This document shows positions 15,678 through 23,640 of a stretch of DNA of 24,000 nucleotides, piece by piece. Every line of letters begins with the position of its first letter. The stretch's first letter is position 1. The notes beneath the pieces were generated by a model. The model did not search any database. It saw only the letters and a list, made by a program, of their open reading frames with translations, and was not told the DNA's origin. The translations under genes and the position numbers were made by a program. The stretch is from Sporomusaceae bacterium FL31 (lineage in GTDB: Bacteria > Bacillota > Negativicutes > DSM-1736 > Dendrosporobacteraceae), in contig BIFV01000008.1 in the NCBI GenBank assembly GCA_003990955.1, positions 93,066 to 117,065 of the forward strand, given 5' to 3'.

Positions 15678-16211
15678 TTATTTGCGGCCTTCTGCCCAGG
15701 AAAAAACAGTCACATGCTTTCTCAATTTAGTTGCGACAGGCAATACGATTGCTGACGCTAAGCCGATCTGCACAAGATTACCGGGAATCGACGCCATCGG
15801 TGCCAGCCAATTGCCGTAAATAATCCCTTCAGCACCATAATACCCAACCACCTTAATGAGACAGGCCGCTGCCAAAGCTAGAACATAAGCCGTCAAGGTC
15901 CGGTTTTTCTCGCAAATAGCGCCAACTGTATATCCCATAAGGCCGACAATGACCAGCGTAAAGGGAGCCCATAAAAACCAGCCGCCCACTACATCAAAAA
16001 GAGCCATCCCGATTCCTCCCGCCAGCGCACCAAACCGGCGTCCGTAAAGAATGGCAATAATAAAGAGGGGTACATTTCCCAAATGAATTAAACCGCCATT
16101 AGCAGCAATGGGAAGACGAACATTTACAAATACTGTACAAATAAAGACGAGGGCAATGCCCAATGCAGCTAAAACCAGTTGTTTTGTTTTGCTTAAGGAT
16201 TGTTGTTCCAT
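15678..16211 (-). CDS. ECF-transporter S component-like membrane protein (substrate unknown, 177 aa)
   Basis: Five to six TM helices. The motif IHLGNVPLFIIAILYGRRFGALAGGIG resembles the conserved loop/TM of RibU-type S components (compare B. subtilis RibU IDFSDVPAIIAILIYG). RBS AGGAGAAAGG. No ecfA/ecfT nearby. Confidence 0.6.
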   Translation of the reverse strand: MEQQSLSKTKQLVLAALGIALVFICTVFVNVRLPIAANGGLIHLGNVPLFIIAILYGRRFGALAGGIGMALFDVVGGWFLWAPFTLVIVGLMGYTVGAICEKNRTLTAYVLALAAACLIKVVGYYGAEGIIYGNWLAPMASIPGNLVQIGLASAIVLPVATKLRKHVTVFSWAEGRK

Positions 16212-16672
16212 ACCTTTCTCCTACTTTCTAAAATTTTGGTTTTAGTATCGTCAGAGTAATCCCTTTACCTGAAGGCGAAAAGAATGCCTACCCTTAGTCA
16301 ATACCAATCACCATAATGACAACTTTTATTATAAATAATATCTAAGATATCATAAGAATTAATTTGATGCAACTACCACGATACAAATGTTCTTTTTACA
16401 TACTAAACATGATAGGATACTATGCTACTCCGTAAGTAATCTCCTTGCAAAAGTTTTGACATCCAAGCTCTTAGTATGAAAGATTGCAATTTAGCATTGA
16501 GCACGCCTGGCCATACTATATGCATGATGACCACCCACTATCTTTCTGGAAAGTATACTACGAAAAAGTGCGTACTTTATTATAGTAAGAAATCGTTTAA
16601 AATAATATTACTACCTAGGCTGTGGAACTAACCAAAGCGGGTGCAAATAAAAAGAAAAACGGAGGCGTTGTC

Positions 16673-17197
16673 ATGGATTTTTTAGAGTTGTCAAAAAAAA
16701 GATATTCTGTGAGGAAATTCAGCAAACAGCCGGTTGAGGCTGAAAAATTGGAGCAGATCCTGGAGGCTGGCCGCTTGTCCCCGACAGCGGTAAATTTCCA
16801 ACCACAAAGAATTCTGGTACTTAACAGTGAGGATAACTTAAGCAAACTGAAAAACTGCACACCCTATCATTTTAATGCACCTTTAGCTCTGCTAGTTTGC
16901 TATGACAATACCGTAAGCTGGAAGCGTTCTTATGACCAAAACGACAGCGGTACTGTTGATGCCAGCATTGTAACAACACACATGCTTCTGGAAATAGCTA
17001 ACTTAGGTCTGGGCACAACCTGGGTCGGTCACTTTGATCCAGCCGCTATTCAGCGTACATTCTCTATTCCCGCACACATTGTTCCTGTTGCACTATTGCC
17101 GATTGGTTATCCCGCAGAAGATTCCCAGCCTCATGCCAATCATGACCGGCGTTATGATAACAGCCACACCGTTTTCTATAATACCTTCCCTGTCTAA
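16673..17197 (+). CDS. Nitroreductase family protein (174 aa)
   Basis: MDFLELSKKRYSVRKFSKQPVEAEKLEQILEAGRLSPTAVNFQPQRILVL is the typical NfsB/FRase-fold N-terminus. GGAGG lies 7 nt before ATG 16673. The track start at 16622 is an unsupported GTG extension. Confidence 0.85.
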   Translation: MDFLELSKKRYSVRKFSKQPVEAEKLEQILEAGRLSPTAVNFQPQRILVLNSEDNLSKLKNCTPYHFNAPLALLVCYDNTVSWKRSYDQNDSGTVDASIVTTHMLLEIANLGLGTTWVGHFDPAAIQRTFSIPAHIVPVALLPIGYPAEDSQPHANHDRRYDNSHTVFYNTFPV

Positions 17198-17291
17198 TCA
17201 GCTTAGAAGCTATAAGCTGCTGATCTAAGCCCCTATTCTTGCGTTAAAAAAGCAAACAGAGGAGACAGTTGAATATTGGGAGGATAGAATC

Positions 17292-17669
17292 ATGTTTAAA
17301 CGGATAGACCATATCGCATTCATTGTTGCAAATCGCGAGAAATCGGTTAGGTTTTATGAGGAGCATTTTGGTTTTCAAAAATATTACGAGCATGACGTTC
17401 CTGTTCCGGTCATCGAGAAAATTGTCTATTTAAAACTGGGTGACACCGTTCTTGAGCTCATACACATGCCGAATGGAGCACAAAATACAGGCTATCATTT
17501 CTGCCTCGAAAGTGATAATTTCGATGCAGACTATGACCGGCTTAAAAAGGCTGGCATCCCTGTACAAACCGAACCGCATCCATCATCAGCAAGAGAAGCT
17601 CGTGAGGAGGGTTGGCGGAGAGTGGTTTTCGTCGGACCTGACGGAGAACATATCGAATTTAGAGGATAA
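17292..17669 (+). CDS. VOC-superfamily protein (glyoxalase / bleomycin-resistance / dioxygenase fold, 125 aa)
   Basis: IDHIAFIVANREKSVRFYEEHFGF, then VLELIHMP and GYHFCLE, then PDGEHIEFRG. These are the paired beta-alpha-beta-beta-beta module signatures with metal ligands H/E. RBS GGGAGGA. Confidence 0.85.
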   Translation: MFKRIDHIAFIVANREKSVRFYEEHFGFQKYYEHDVPVPVIEKIVYLKLGDTVLELIHMPNGAQNTGYHFCLESDNFDADYDRLKKAGIPVQTEPHPSSAREAREEGWRRVVFVGPDGEHIEFRG

Positions 17670-17680
17670 CCTTAAATTAA

Positions 17681-17716
17681 ACCCATTTGCCAACTTGAGG
17701 CCGATGGGTCTTTTTC
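17681..17716 (+). terminator. Rho-independent terminator of the VOC gene
   Basis: ACCCATTTGCC-AACTTGA-GGCCGATGGGT followed by CTTTTTC. Confidence 0.65.
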
Positions 17717-17721
17717 TATTC

Positions 17722-17765
17722 AAAAAAGAATCGCCATTCGTCTTCAGCAGACCAATAGCGATTTC
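17722..17765 (-). terminator. Rho-independent terminator of the minus-strand nitroreductase gene
   Basis: Minus strand reads GAAATCGCTATTGG-TCTGCTGAAGA-CGAATGGCGATTC followed by TTTTTTG. Confidence 0.65.
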
Positions 17766-17796
17766 CTATTATAATAAAGCAATGTGTTTTTTTGAA

Positions 17797-18303
17797 CTAA
17801 TACTTTTCATAGTGGATTCTGGCTTTATCAAACCGATCTTCAAAATTGTTATCAGCGGAATAGCCGATAGCCAGCATGGCAAATGCCTCAATACCCTGGG
17901 GGAGATTGAAAAATTCTTTCATAAAAGCCATTCTATCTTCTTCTGGTGCAATCCCCATCCATACCGCACCCAACCCCAGTTCTACCGACGCAAGTAAAAT
18001 ATTTTCTGTCGCTGCTGCCAAATCCTGCTGCCAATACTGCTTAAATCTTAGATATTTTTCATTTAATAATACAATAATCCCAAGCGGCGCATTTTTTATC
18101 GGCCCAGCGTAAATATGGGCACTTGATAATTTTTGCAGCGTTTCTTTATCTTCAACCACAATAAACTCCCATGGCTGCTGATTGGCCGCAGAAGGAGCCT
18201 GCATACCGGCTTTTAATAACTTTTCGATCTTTTCTTTTTCCACTGGTCGATTCTCATATTTCCGGATGCTCCGTCTTTTTTGGATTCCTTCATATAAGTT
18301 CAT
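17797..18303 (-). CDS. Nitroreductase family protein (168 aa)
   Basis: MNLYEGIQKRRSIRKYENRPVEKEKIEKLLKAGMQAPSAANQQPWEFIVVEDKETL. GGGGGAG lies 9 nt upstream of ATG 18303. The track start at 18333 has no SD. Confidence 0.85.
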   Translation of the reverse strand: MNLYEGIQKRRSIRKYENRPVEKEKIEKLLKAGMQAPSAANQQPWEFIVVEDKETLQKLSSAHIYAGPIKNAPLGIIVLLNEKYLRFKQYWQQDLAAATENILLASVELGLGAVWMGIAPEEDRMAFMKEFFNLPQGIEAFAMLAIGYSADNNFEDRFDKARIHYEKY

Positions 18304-18439
18304 AGCTATTTTCTCCCCCTTTACACTCTTCATTTATGAAATCTACTGCACCAGGTTCATTGGTACCCCAGTGAGAAAGTAGCGCCAACATGAACCAGCA
18401 CCCTAATAAGGTTTATTCCTCATAGCGCCTTGCTAGAAA

Positions 18440-18988
18440 TCAAAGTATGCTTTTTCCTAATGCTTCAGCTTGCTTTAATCCGTCGGTCTTTAGAATATCA
18501 TCTTTATCATGAAGACCCGGTACGATGATGACACCGCTATCCTTCCAAGTAAGAAATTCAGCAATGAGCTGATAGGACTTCACAATTCCCTCAAACTTAG
18601 ATTCATCTTGCACACCGCCGCTGACTAGCAGCACGCATTCCTTTATCTTCAGTGGCCTTTTGCCAATTAGAAACGAATAAAGCTTATCAATTGCAGCTTT
18701 TAACTGCACCGGAAATGAGAACCAGTACATGGGTGTTGCGAACACAACCATATCGGCTTGCTCTAGAAGTGGCGCAAGGTTGGCAAAATCATCGGGAATA
18801 GAACAAGCACTTTGCCTGCTGAAACAAGTCTGGCAATCAATACAGCCCTTAATATGTTTATCCGCAGTTGTGAATTTTTCCGTCGTGTGTCCCGCCTGCT
18901 TAGCACCAGCAATAAATGCATCTGCCAGCTTGTCGGTATTGCCGCCTTTTCTAGGGCTTCCTGTTAACACAAGTATATGTTTTGACAT
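18440..18988 (-). CDS. Flavodoxin-like FMN reductase with compact Cys motif (iron-sulfur flavoprotein, Isf-like, 182 aa)
   Basis: MSKHILVLTGSPRKGGNT is the flavodoxin-like FMN phosphate loop. GCIDCQTCFSRQSAC gives CX2CX2CX6C at 18803-18844. GAGG lies 6 nt upstream of ATG 18988. The track start at 19054 is an unsupported extension. Confidence 0.8.
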   Translation of the reverse strand: MSKHILVLTGSPRKGGNTDKLADAFIAGAKQAGHTTEKFTTADKHIKGCIDCQTCFSRQSACSIPDDFANLAPLLEQADMVVFATPMYWFSFPVQLKAAIDKLYSFLIGKRPLKIKECVLLVSGGVQDESKFEGIVKSYQLIAEFLTWKDSGVIIVPGLHDKDDILKTDGLKQAEALGKSIL

Positions 18989-19223
18989 AGCTAACCTCAG
19001 TCTCCTCTCATATGTCATTGCCGAAAGCGCTTTCCTAGCTATAATCATACACACTAACTATCACTACAAACAAGTATGCACTTATTTGTGCCATAGTATC
19101 TATTTGTATACTGTGCAACCAGATCCACTTGTCACGGGGACGGTTCTAGTGACACGAATATTTCACTTATTTTCTTAATTTATTCCTATAATCTTCAGAT
19201 ATCCTAATTGTTGTACGAAGCAA

Positions 19224-19267
19224 AGAACCGTACCTAGTCTGCTAAGAGGCAGACTAAGTACGGTTCT
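19224..19267 (-). terminator. Hairpin terminator after katE
   Basis: AGAACCGTACCTAGTCTGC-TAAGAG-GCAGACTAAGTACGGTTCT, a 19-bp stem with one mismatch, about 60 nt after the katE stop. The U-tract is weak. Confidence 0.6.
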
Positions 19268-19326
19268 AACAGCAACTCACTATTTAATATACAATCAAGA
19301 GAGAAGATGATCCTACTATTTTCTAT

Positions 19327-21393
19327 TTATGCCAATGTTCGAACTGATTTTTCCCTATTCCATTGGCGTGTCTTTGCCGCAGCAATAAAAGCCTCTTGAT
19401 TATTGGCATCCACAATGCCTGCATCTTTTCCGACATTCGCTATGTCCAAAAGTGCCTGTCCACCTTTATTGACGGCAATTGCCTTAAGATGACCAAAGGC
19501 ATCGCGCACAAAATCAATTGCAGCGCTTTCCATTGACAGTGCTTGTACGCCTTCGTCAGAGAGAATGACAGCAACCGCATCAAATAACACCGACGGAGAA
19601 CCAGCCAATTGTCCGTCAACAGATATAGTCATGCCAGCAGCAAGCTGGACGGTTCCCACTTTTGGGGCGATAATCTTCACAGCAGCCCCCGCAGCTGTCA
19701 CCGCCTGTTTAATCTTTTCAATGACAGCGCCGTCTGAACCATTCGCTACCAAAATGCCAATCGTACGCCCCATCAGCGTGTCTTTCATCTTGCCGATGAT
19801 CTGCAATGCAGGCGAAGGCTTCATCTGCTGCACAGGCCTTGCTGCCACTGGCGCAGCTGGAATTTTGTCACACCCAATGCCTACCGCAACTCTTTTTGCA
19901 AGGGCTTCATCGATATGCCGCAAATGCCCGACTATGGCCTCACGTACGTGAGTATGCTCAACCTTGGAGAGTTCAAACACTAAAGCCGAAGCAATATGTG
20001 CTTGCTCATGCACTGTTTGACTGATATAGAACAGCCGCGCTTGACTGTAGTGATCAGCAAAGCTTTCGGCACGAATGCGGCCTTTTTTGCCTGTTTCCGT
20101 TACCGCAGCACTACGGAAACCTGTAGCCGGTGTTTCGCGCGGCGATGTATCAGACAGGGAATTGGGCTCATAGGCAACACGGCCTGCCGGTTGCGCCATT
20201 TGCATGTGTCCATCCCGCTGTTGGTTGGAATACGGACACTTGGGAGCATTGATCGGAATCTGGTGGAAATTGACCGTACCCAGGCGCGAAAGCTGGGTAT
20301 CATGATAAGAAAACAAACGGCCTTGCAACAAAGGATCATTCGAGAAATCAATGCCTGGTACAAGATTAGCAGGACAGTAAGCAACCTGTTCAGTCTCAGC
20401 AAAGAAATTGTTCGGCCAGCGATCCAGCACCATGCGGCCGATCACTTTCAAAGGCACCCATTCTTCAGGAATCAGCTTGGTCGGATCCAGATGATCAAAC
20501 GGGAATGTATCCGCTTCCTCCTGCGTGAAAAGCTGAACCGCCAGTTCCCACTCGGGCAAATTCCCTGACGAGATGGCGTCAAACATATCACGGCGGTGGA
20601 AATCTGGATCGGCACCAGCAATCTTGACTGCTTCATCCCAAACGGTGGACTGCAAACCCAGCTTGGGGCGCCAGTGGAATTTGACGAAAGTTGATTGTCC
20701 TGATTGATTAATCAGCCGGAAACTATGCACACCAAAACCTTCGATCATCCGCAGGGAACGTGGTATCGTGCGATCAGACATGATCCACATCACCATATGC
20801 ATGGATTCAGGTGTGAGTGAGATAAAGTCCCAGAAGGTATCGTGCGCGGTTGCCGATTGCGGAAAACCGCGATCGGGTTCCATTTTTACGGCATGGATGA
20901 GATCAGGGAATTTAATGGCATCCTGAATGAAGAAAACCGGAATGTTGTTGCCAACCAGGTCCCAGTTGCCTTCCTTCGTATAAAACTTAACAGCAAATCC
21001 GCGTACATCACGAGGGGTATCGACCGAACCTGCACCGCCTGCGACGGTAGACATGCGAGTAAATACAGGCGTCTTCTCACCCACTTCAGTCAGTATCTTG
21101 GCGGTGGTATATTGCTCCAACGAGGTGGTCAGCTCGAAGAATCCATGCACACCTGTTCCGCGCGCATGTACGACCCGCTCTGGAATACGCTCGTGATCGA
21201 AATGCGTAATTTTCTCTCTAAGGATAAAATCTTCCCCAAGAGTAGGGCCATTTGGATTAGACCGAAGCGAGTTTTGATTATCGGAAAGCGCTACGCCCTG
21301 GTTCGTAGTGAGTGCAGGATGTTGTCCATCAGCAATTTGGTGTATCTCTCCGCCAGCAGCTACTTGTGAATCTCCATTGAAAGGTTTTTTCAT
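19327..21393 (-). CDS. katE: Large-subunit monofunctional haem catalase (HPII / KatE type, 688 aa)
   Basis: [23 protein letters not shown] is the catalase active-site His region, followed by [40 protein letters not shown] (proximal Tyr region), and a C-terminal flavodoxin/DJ-1-like domain ([24 protein letters not shown]). RBS AAGGAGGT. Confidence 0.95.
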   Translation of the reverse strand: MKKPFNGDSQVAAGGEIHQIADGQHPALTTNQGVALSDNQNSLRSNPNGPTLGEDFILREKITHFDHERIPERVVHARGTGVHGFFELTTSLEQYTTAKILTEVGEKTPVFTRMSTVAGGAGSVDTPRDVRGFAVKFYTKEGNWDLVGNNIPVFFIQDAIKFPDLIHAVKMEPDRGFPQSATAHDTFWDFISLTPESMHMVMWIMSDRTIPRSLRMIEGFGVHSFRLINQSGQSTFVKFHWRPKLGLQSTVWDEAVKIAGADPDFHRRDMFDAISSGNLPEWELAVQLFTQEEADTFPFDHLDPTKLIPEEWVPLKVIGRMVLDRWPNNFFAETEQVAYCPANLVPGIDFSNDPLLQGRLFSYHDTQLSRLGTVNFHQIPINAPKCPYSNQQRDGHMQMAQPAGRVAYEPNSLSDTSPRETPATGFRSAAVTETGKKGRIRAESFADHYSQARLFYISQTVHEQAHIASALVFELSKVEHTHVREAIVGHLRHIDEALAKRVAVGIGCDKIPAAPVAARPVQQMKPSPALQIIGKMKDTLMGRTIGILVANGSDGAVIEKIKQAVTAAGAAVKIIAPKVGTVQLAAGMTISVDGQLAGSPSVLFDAVAVILSDEGVQALSMESAAIDFVRDAFGHLKAIAVNKGGQALLDIANVGKDAGIVDANNQEAFIAAAKTRQWNREKSVRTLA

Positions 21394-21578
21394 GATTTAC
21401 CTCCTTAATAGCAGTATCTAAGAATAGAAGATCGATTCGACTTTATTAAAGTTTAATATGTCTATTGAAAGGATTATTTATCCCTATTGCCCCCTAATAA
21501 TGAAATAATTTACATTCGCCCTATCACAGCGATTAACTCGTACGATAGAGTCAAGAATTCTCCCCTTTCACAAGCAAA

Positions 21579-21621
21579 GACCCGCTCCCTATCTGTCTCA
21601 AAGGCAGATGGTAAGCGGGTC
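21579..21621 (-). terminator. Rho-independent terminator after the FAD-oxidase gene
   Basis: Minus strand reads GACCCGCTTACCATCTG-CCTTTGAGA-CAGATAGGGAGCGGGTC followed by TTTGCTTGT. It starts about 25 nt after the stop. Confidence 0.7.
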
Positions 21622-21646
21622 TCCATACGCGGAAAGTAGCCGAAAG

Positions 21647-23020
21647 CTATTTCCGGCCAGGTTTTTCTGAACGGCAACCTGCAGGAGGTATACTTTGTGG
21701 ATGATTAAATACGTTCTCAGGGTCATATTTCTCTTTTACTCTTCGAAGTCTGGCAAAGTTGGTTCCATAGTACACCGGTCCGAAATCCTGAATATACTCA
21801 TCCGGAACATTGATATAGGATCCCGCAACAAAAGGCGCCAACTGCTGGCGTGTTCTCTCCACCATAGCGATGTTTCTCTGAGCCTCACAATCGTTCGTCC
21901 AAGATGAATTCCACTCTAAATAAAATTTTGGATCCCGCCAGAAGAACGCCGTCTCTTCGGGACAAATTCTGGCCGCAGCACCACCCCAGTTCAAAAAGAA
22001 GAAACCAGCCTCTGTTCCGGTTGATTCTTCCAGAAAGCAGCGCATCACCTTAATGGCCTCACATGGCAACAGATCGAGTGCCCAAGCTGATGAAAACTTG
22101 GTACTCTGCCCGTCTCTTCCAGGGATCGGTTCATCTGGTATTAAATATTCAACAGCGTCAGGATAGGGTAATGTTTCGATAAACACATCGGTTGGAGTGC
22201 CTGCACACAGTAAAGGTTCCAACAGGCAAATCAACTCCTCCTTGCAACCAAGAAATAGCCCTTGTGTATGGACTAATCCATTTACTTTACTTAAAATTTC
22301 CAGGTAAGAGCCTAATCTTTCGTCAACAAAAGGAGCCCAGCCTTGCCATGCCTCAAAAACGGTTTCCAGTTGATTCCATGGCCAAATAATTTGAAAGACT
22401 GTCGCTTGGGCAGGGGCACGATGCACTTTGAACGTGTACTCGATATTAACCCCGAAATTCCCACCGCCGCCACCGCGCGAAGCCCACAAAAGATCCGAAT
22501 TGGTACATGCGTCGGCGTGGATCATGCATCCCTCGTAGTCAACCATATCCACTCCAACAAGATTGTCACTAACAAGACCAATGGACCGCAGCAGCAGTCC
22601 AATTCCTCCGCCTGTCGTAATTCCGCCGATTCCAACGGTCGGACTGTCTCCAAATGGAGCCATAAACCCTTCCTGTGCTAACCACTTTACGAGTGGCCCT
22701 ACATGGGCACCAGTTTGAACGGTAGCTATTTCCAGATCTCGATTCAGCCACGCCTTATCCATATGACTTACATCAATAACAATTCCGTCTTTAACCACTG
22801 AAAGATTTTTGTCCAAAGCATGGCGTCCGCTTCGAGTCCGAATCGGAACGCAATTCTCTCTGGCCCATTTTATGGCATTTTTTACATCCTCTGTACATTG
22901 CGCAAAGACAAAGACGAGTGGAAATGTATCAACATATGGATTCCAATTTTTACGCGCCTGCTCGTACCCCAGATCTCCTCTGAAAATGACGCGTCCGGTC
23001 AACTGTGTTTTACCTTCCAT
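21647..23020 (-). CDS. FAD-linked oxidase with berberine-bridge-enzyme-like C-terminus (VAO/PCMH fold, 457 aa)
   Basis: FAD_binding_4-type N-terminal half (IRTRSGRHAL, GDSPTVGIGGITTGGGIG, LLWASRGGGGGNFGV). BBE-type C-terminal signature YGTNFARLRRVKEKYDPENVFNHPQSI. RBS AGGAGTGA. Same family as B. subtilis YgaK/YvdP (CotQ). Confidence 0.9.
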   Translation of the reverse strand: MEGKTQLTGRVIFRGDLGYEQARKNWNPYVDTFPLVFVFAQCTEDVKNAIKWARENCVPIRTRSGRHALDKNLSVVKDGIVIDVSHMDKAWLNRDLEIATVQTGAHVGPLVKWLAQEGFMAPFGDSPTVGIGGITTGGGIGLLLRSIGLVSDNLVGVDMVDYEGCMIHADACTNSDLLWASRGGGGGNFGVNIEYTFKVHRAPAQATVFQIIWPWNQLETVFEAWQGWAPFVDERLGSYLEILSKVNGLVHTQGLFLGCKEELICLLEPLLCAGTPTDVFIETLPYPDAVEYLIPDEPIPGRDGQSTKFSSAWALDLLPCEAIKVMRCFLEESTGTEAGFFFLNWGGAAARICPEETAFFWRDPKFYLEWNSSWTNDCEAQRNIAMVERTRQQLAPFVAGSYINVPDEYIQDFGPVYYGTNFARLRRVKEKYDPENVFNHPQSIPPAGCRSEKPGRK

Positions 23021-23170
23021 TCATGTCACTCCTAATCTTAACGTTCATGTTATTCAGAATAATGAGCAAACTGATTGAGTCTCCTATTGACCTGTTTTCT
23101 TCTCAAGGTTCAAAAATACACCTAATCTATGATATGTGTTATGTCTACTTTTGTGTAACTCATGGCAAAG

Positions 23171-23197
23171 AAAAAACACCATCCAAATGGGTGGTGT
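23171..23197 (-). terminator. Strong rho-independent terminator of the tiny-peptide unit
   Basis: Minus strand reads ACACCACCC-ATTT-GGATGGTGT followed by TTTTTTCTTT. It lies about 45 nt after the peptide stop. Confidence 0.8.
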
Positions 23198-23243
23198 CTT
23201 TTCCAGTGCCATATATTTGTCGGTCTACCTGATCACGGAACAA

Positions 23244-23333
23244 TCAAATTGCGCCGGTTAAGTGAACTAAGTTTAACACGAATAAGGAAACTGCAATAAA
23301 AACCATTGCGGCCGCGCCAATCTTAAATGCCAT
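23244..23333 (-). CDS. Putative 29-aa hydrophobic single-TM peptide
   Basis: Below the track cutoff. MAFKIGAAAMVFIAVSLFVLNLVHLTGAI. AAAGGGATGAG SD-like sequence upstream. It has its own near-consensus promoter and terminator. Coding status unproven. Confidence 0.4.
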   Translation of the reverse strand: MAFKIGAAAMVFIAVSLFVLNLVHLTGAI

Positions 23334-23438
23334 ACTCTCATCCCTTTCTTGATCACATTTTCAGTTGCTGCTTAGCAGATATACCAAGGAAAAACTGAAT
23401 AACAAAACAGATTGTTAACGTAATATATGACGTTTTTT

Positions 23439-23467
23439 ATTGTATTCCTATCAAAGAAGTCTTGCAA
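23439..23467 (-). promoter_or_regulatory. Near-consensus sigma-A promoter driving the tiny-peptide unit
   Basis: Minus strand reads TTGCAA (23467-23462), a 17-nt spacer, then TACAAT (23444-23439). This leaves a roughly 100-nt leader before ATG 23333. Confidence 0.6.
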
Positions 23468-23640
23468 GGATGGTTAAGGAAGATTTAGACAGAAACTGGA
23501 GGCTTAGATAGGCTCATGATCAATTAGGTGCCATATGATCAAAATAACTCCCGATTAAATGATAGGATCAGTCCAAATGCACACGTTAAAGTACAAAAAT
23601 TAAGCAAATCCACCTCCAACCCCAATGAATCGACAGCAGA

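Noticed and set aside
16212-16330. Possible riboswitch in the ECF S-component leader
   Set aside because: I could not find the conserved cores of the FMN, TPP (CUGAGA / ACCUGAUCUGG), preQ1, THF or cobalamin (GCCACUG) riboswitches. I am not calling one without an Infernal scan.
16403-16525. 40-aa minus-strand ORF (MHIVWPGVLNAKLQSFILRAWMSKLLQGDYLRSSIVSYHV) with a GGGTGG SD-like sequence
   Set aside because: No recognisable family, a weak SD, no terminator, and it sits in AT-rich intergenic DNA. It is most likely chance. It is worth a look only if RNA-seq or Ribo-seq shows signal.
17199-17219. Hairpin CAGCTTA-N7-TAAGCTG just after the first nitroreductase gene
   Set aside because: It has only a 7-bp AT-rich stem and no U-tract. 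It is probably not a terminator, so the nitroreductase and VOC genes may be co-transcribed.
17440-17997. 185-aa plus-strand track ORF spanning the VOC gene 3' half, two terminators and the antisense of the nitroreductase gene
   Set aside because: It crosses two terminator hairpins and overlaps two well-supported genes. It has no SD and low-complexity sequence.
18729-19178. 149-aa plus-strand track ORF antisense to the Isf-like gene, plus the 22-codon N-terminal extension of that gene to 19054
   Set aside because: The plus-strand ORF is antisense to a gene with clear flavodoxin-fold motifs. The extension lacks an SD, whereas ATG 18988 has GAGG at 6 nt.
19565-21369. Long antisense track ORFs within katE: 19565..19951, 19806..20024, 19996..20568 and 20842..21369 (plus strand), and 20100..20402 and 20886..21080 (minus strand, other frames)
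   Set aside because: The catalase frame is unambiguous. The other ORFs are Arg/Cys/Leu-rich, with no start signals. Long antisense open frames are expected opposite moderately GC-rich genes.
21495-21509. PerR/Fur-like box upstream of katE (TAATAATGAAATAAT)
   Set aside because: The two halves are direct repeats, not the 7-1-7 inverted repeat of Fur-family boxes (TTATAATNATTATAA). I also could not place a convincing -35/-10 pair for katE, so no promoter or operator is called.
23123-23131. Sigma-K-like -10 element (CATAGATTA on the minus strand) upstream of the BBE-like oxidase gene
   Set aside because: It matches CATAnnnTA, but no AC -35 element lies at the required 16-17 nt spacing. A single short match in AT-rich DNA is not evidence.
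21695-23232. Track ORFs nested in or flanking the FAD-oxidase gene: 21695..21907, 22192..22389, 22343..22681, 22569..22751, 22809..23078, 22820..23035 and 23005..23232
   Set aside because: They are antisense or alternative-frame ORFs relative to a gene with clear FAD_binding_4/BBE motifs. 23005..23232 also crosses the strong terminator at 23171-23197.
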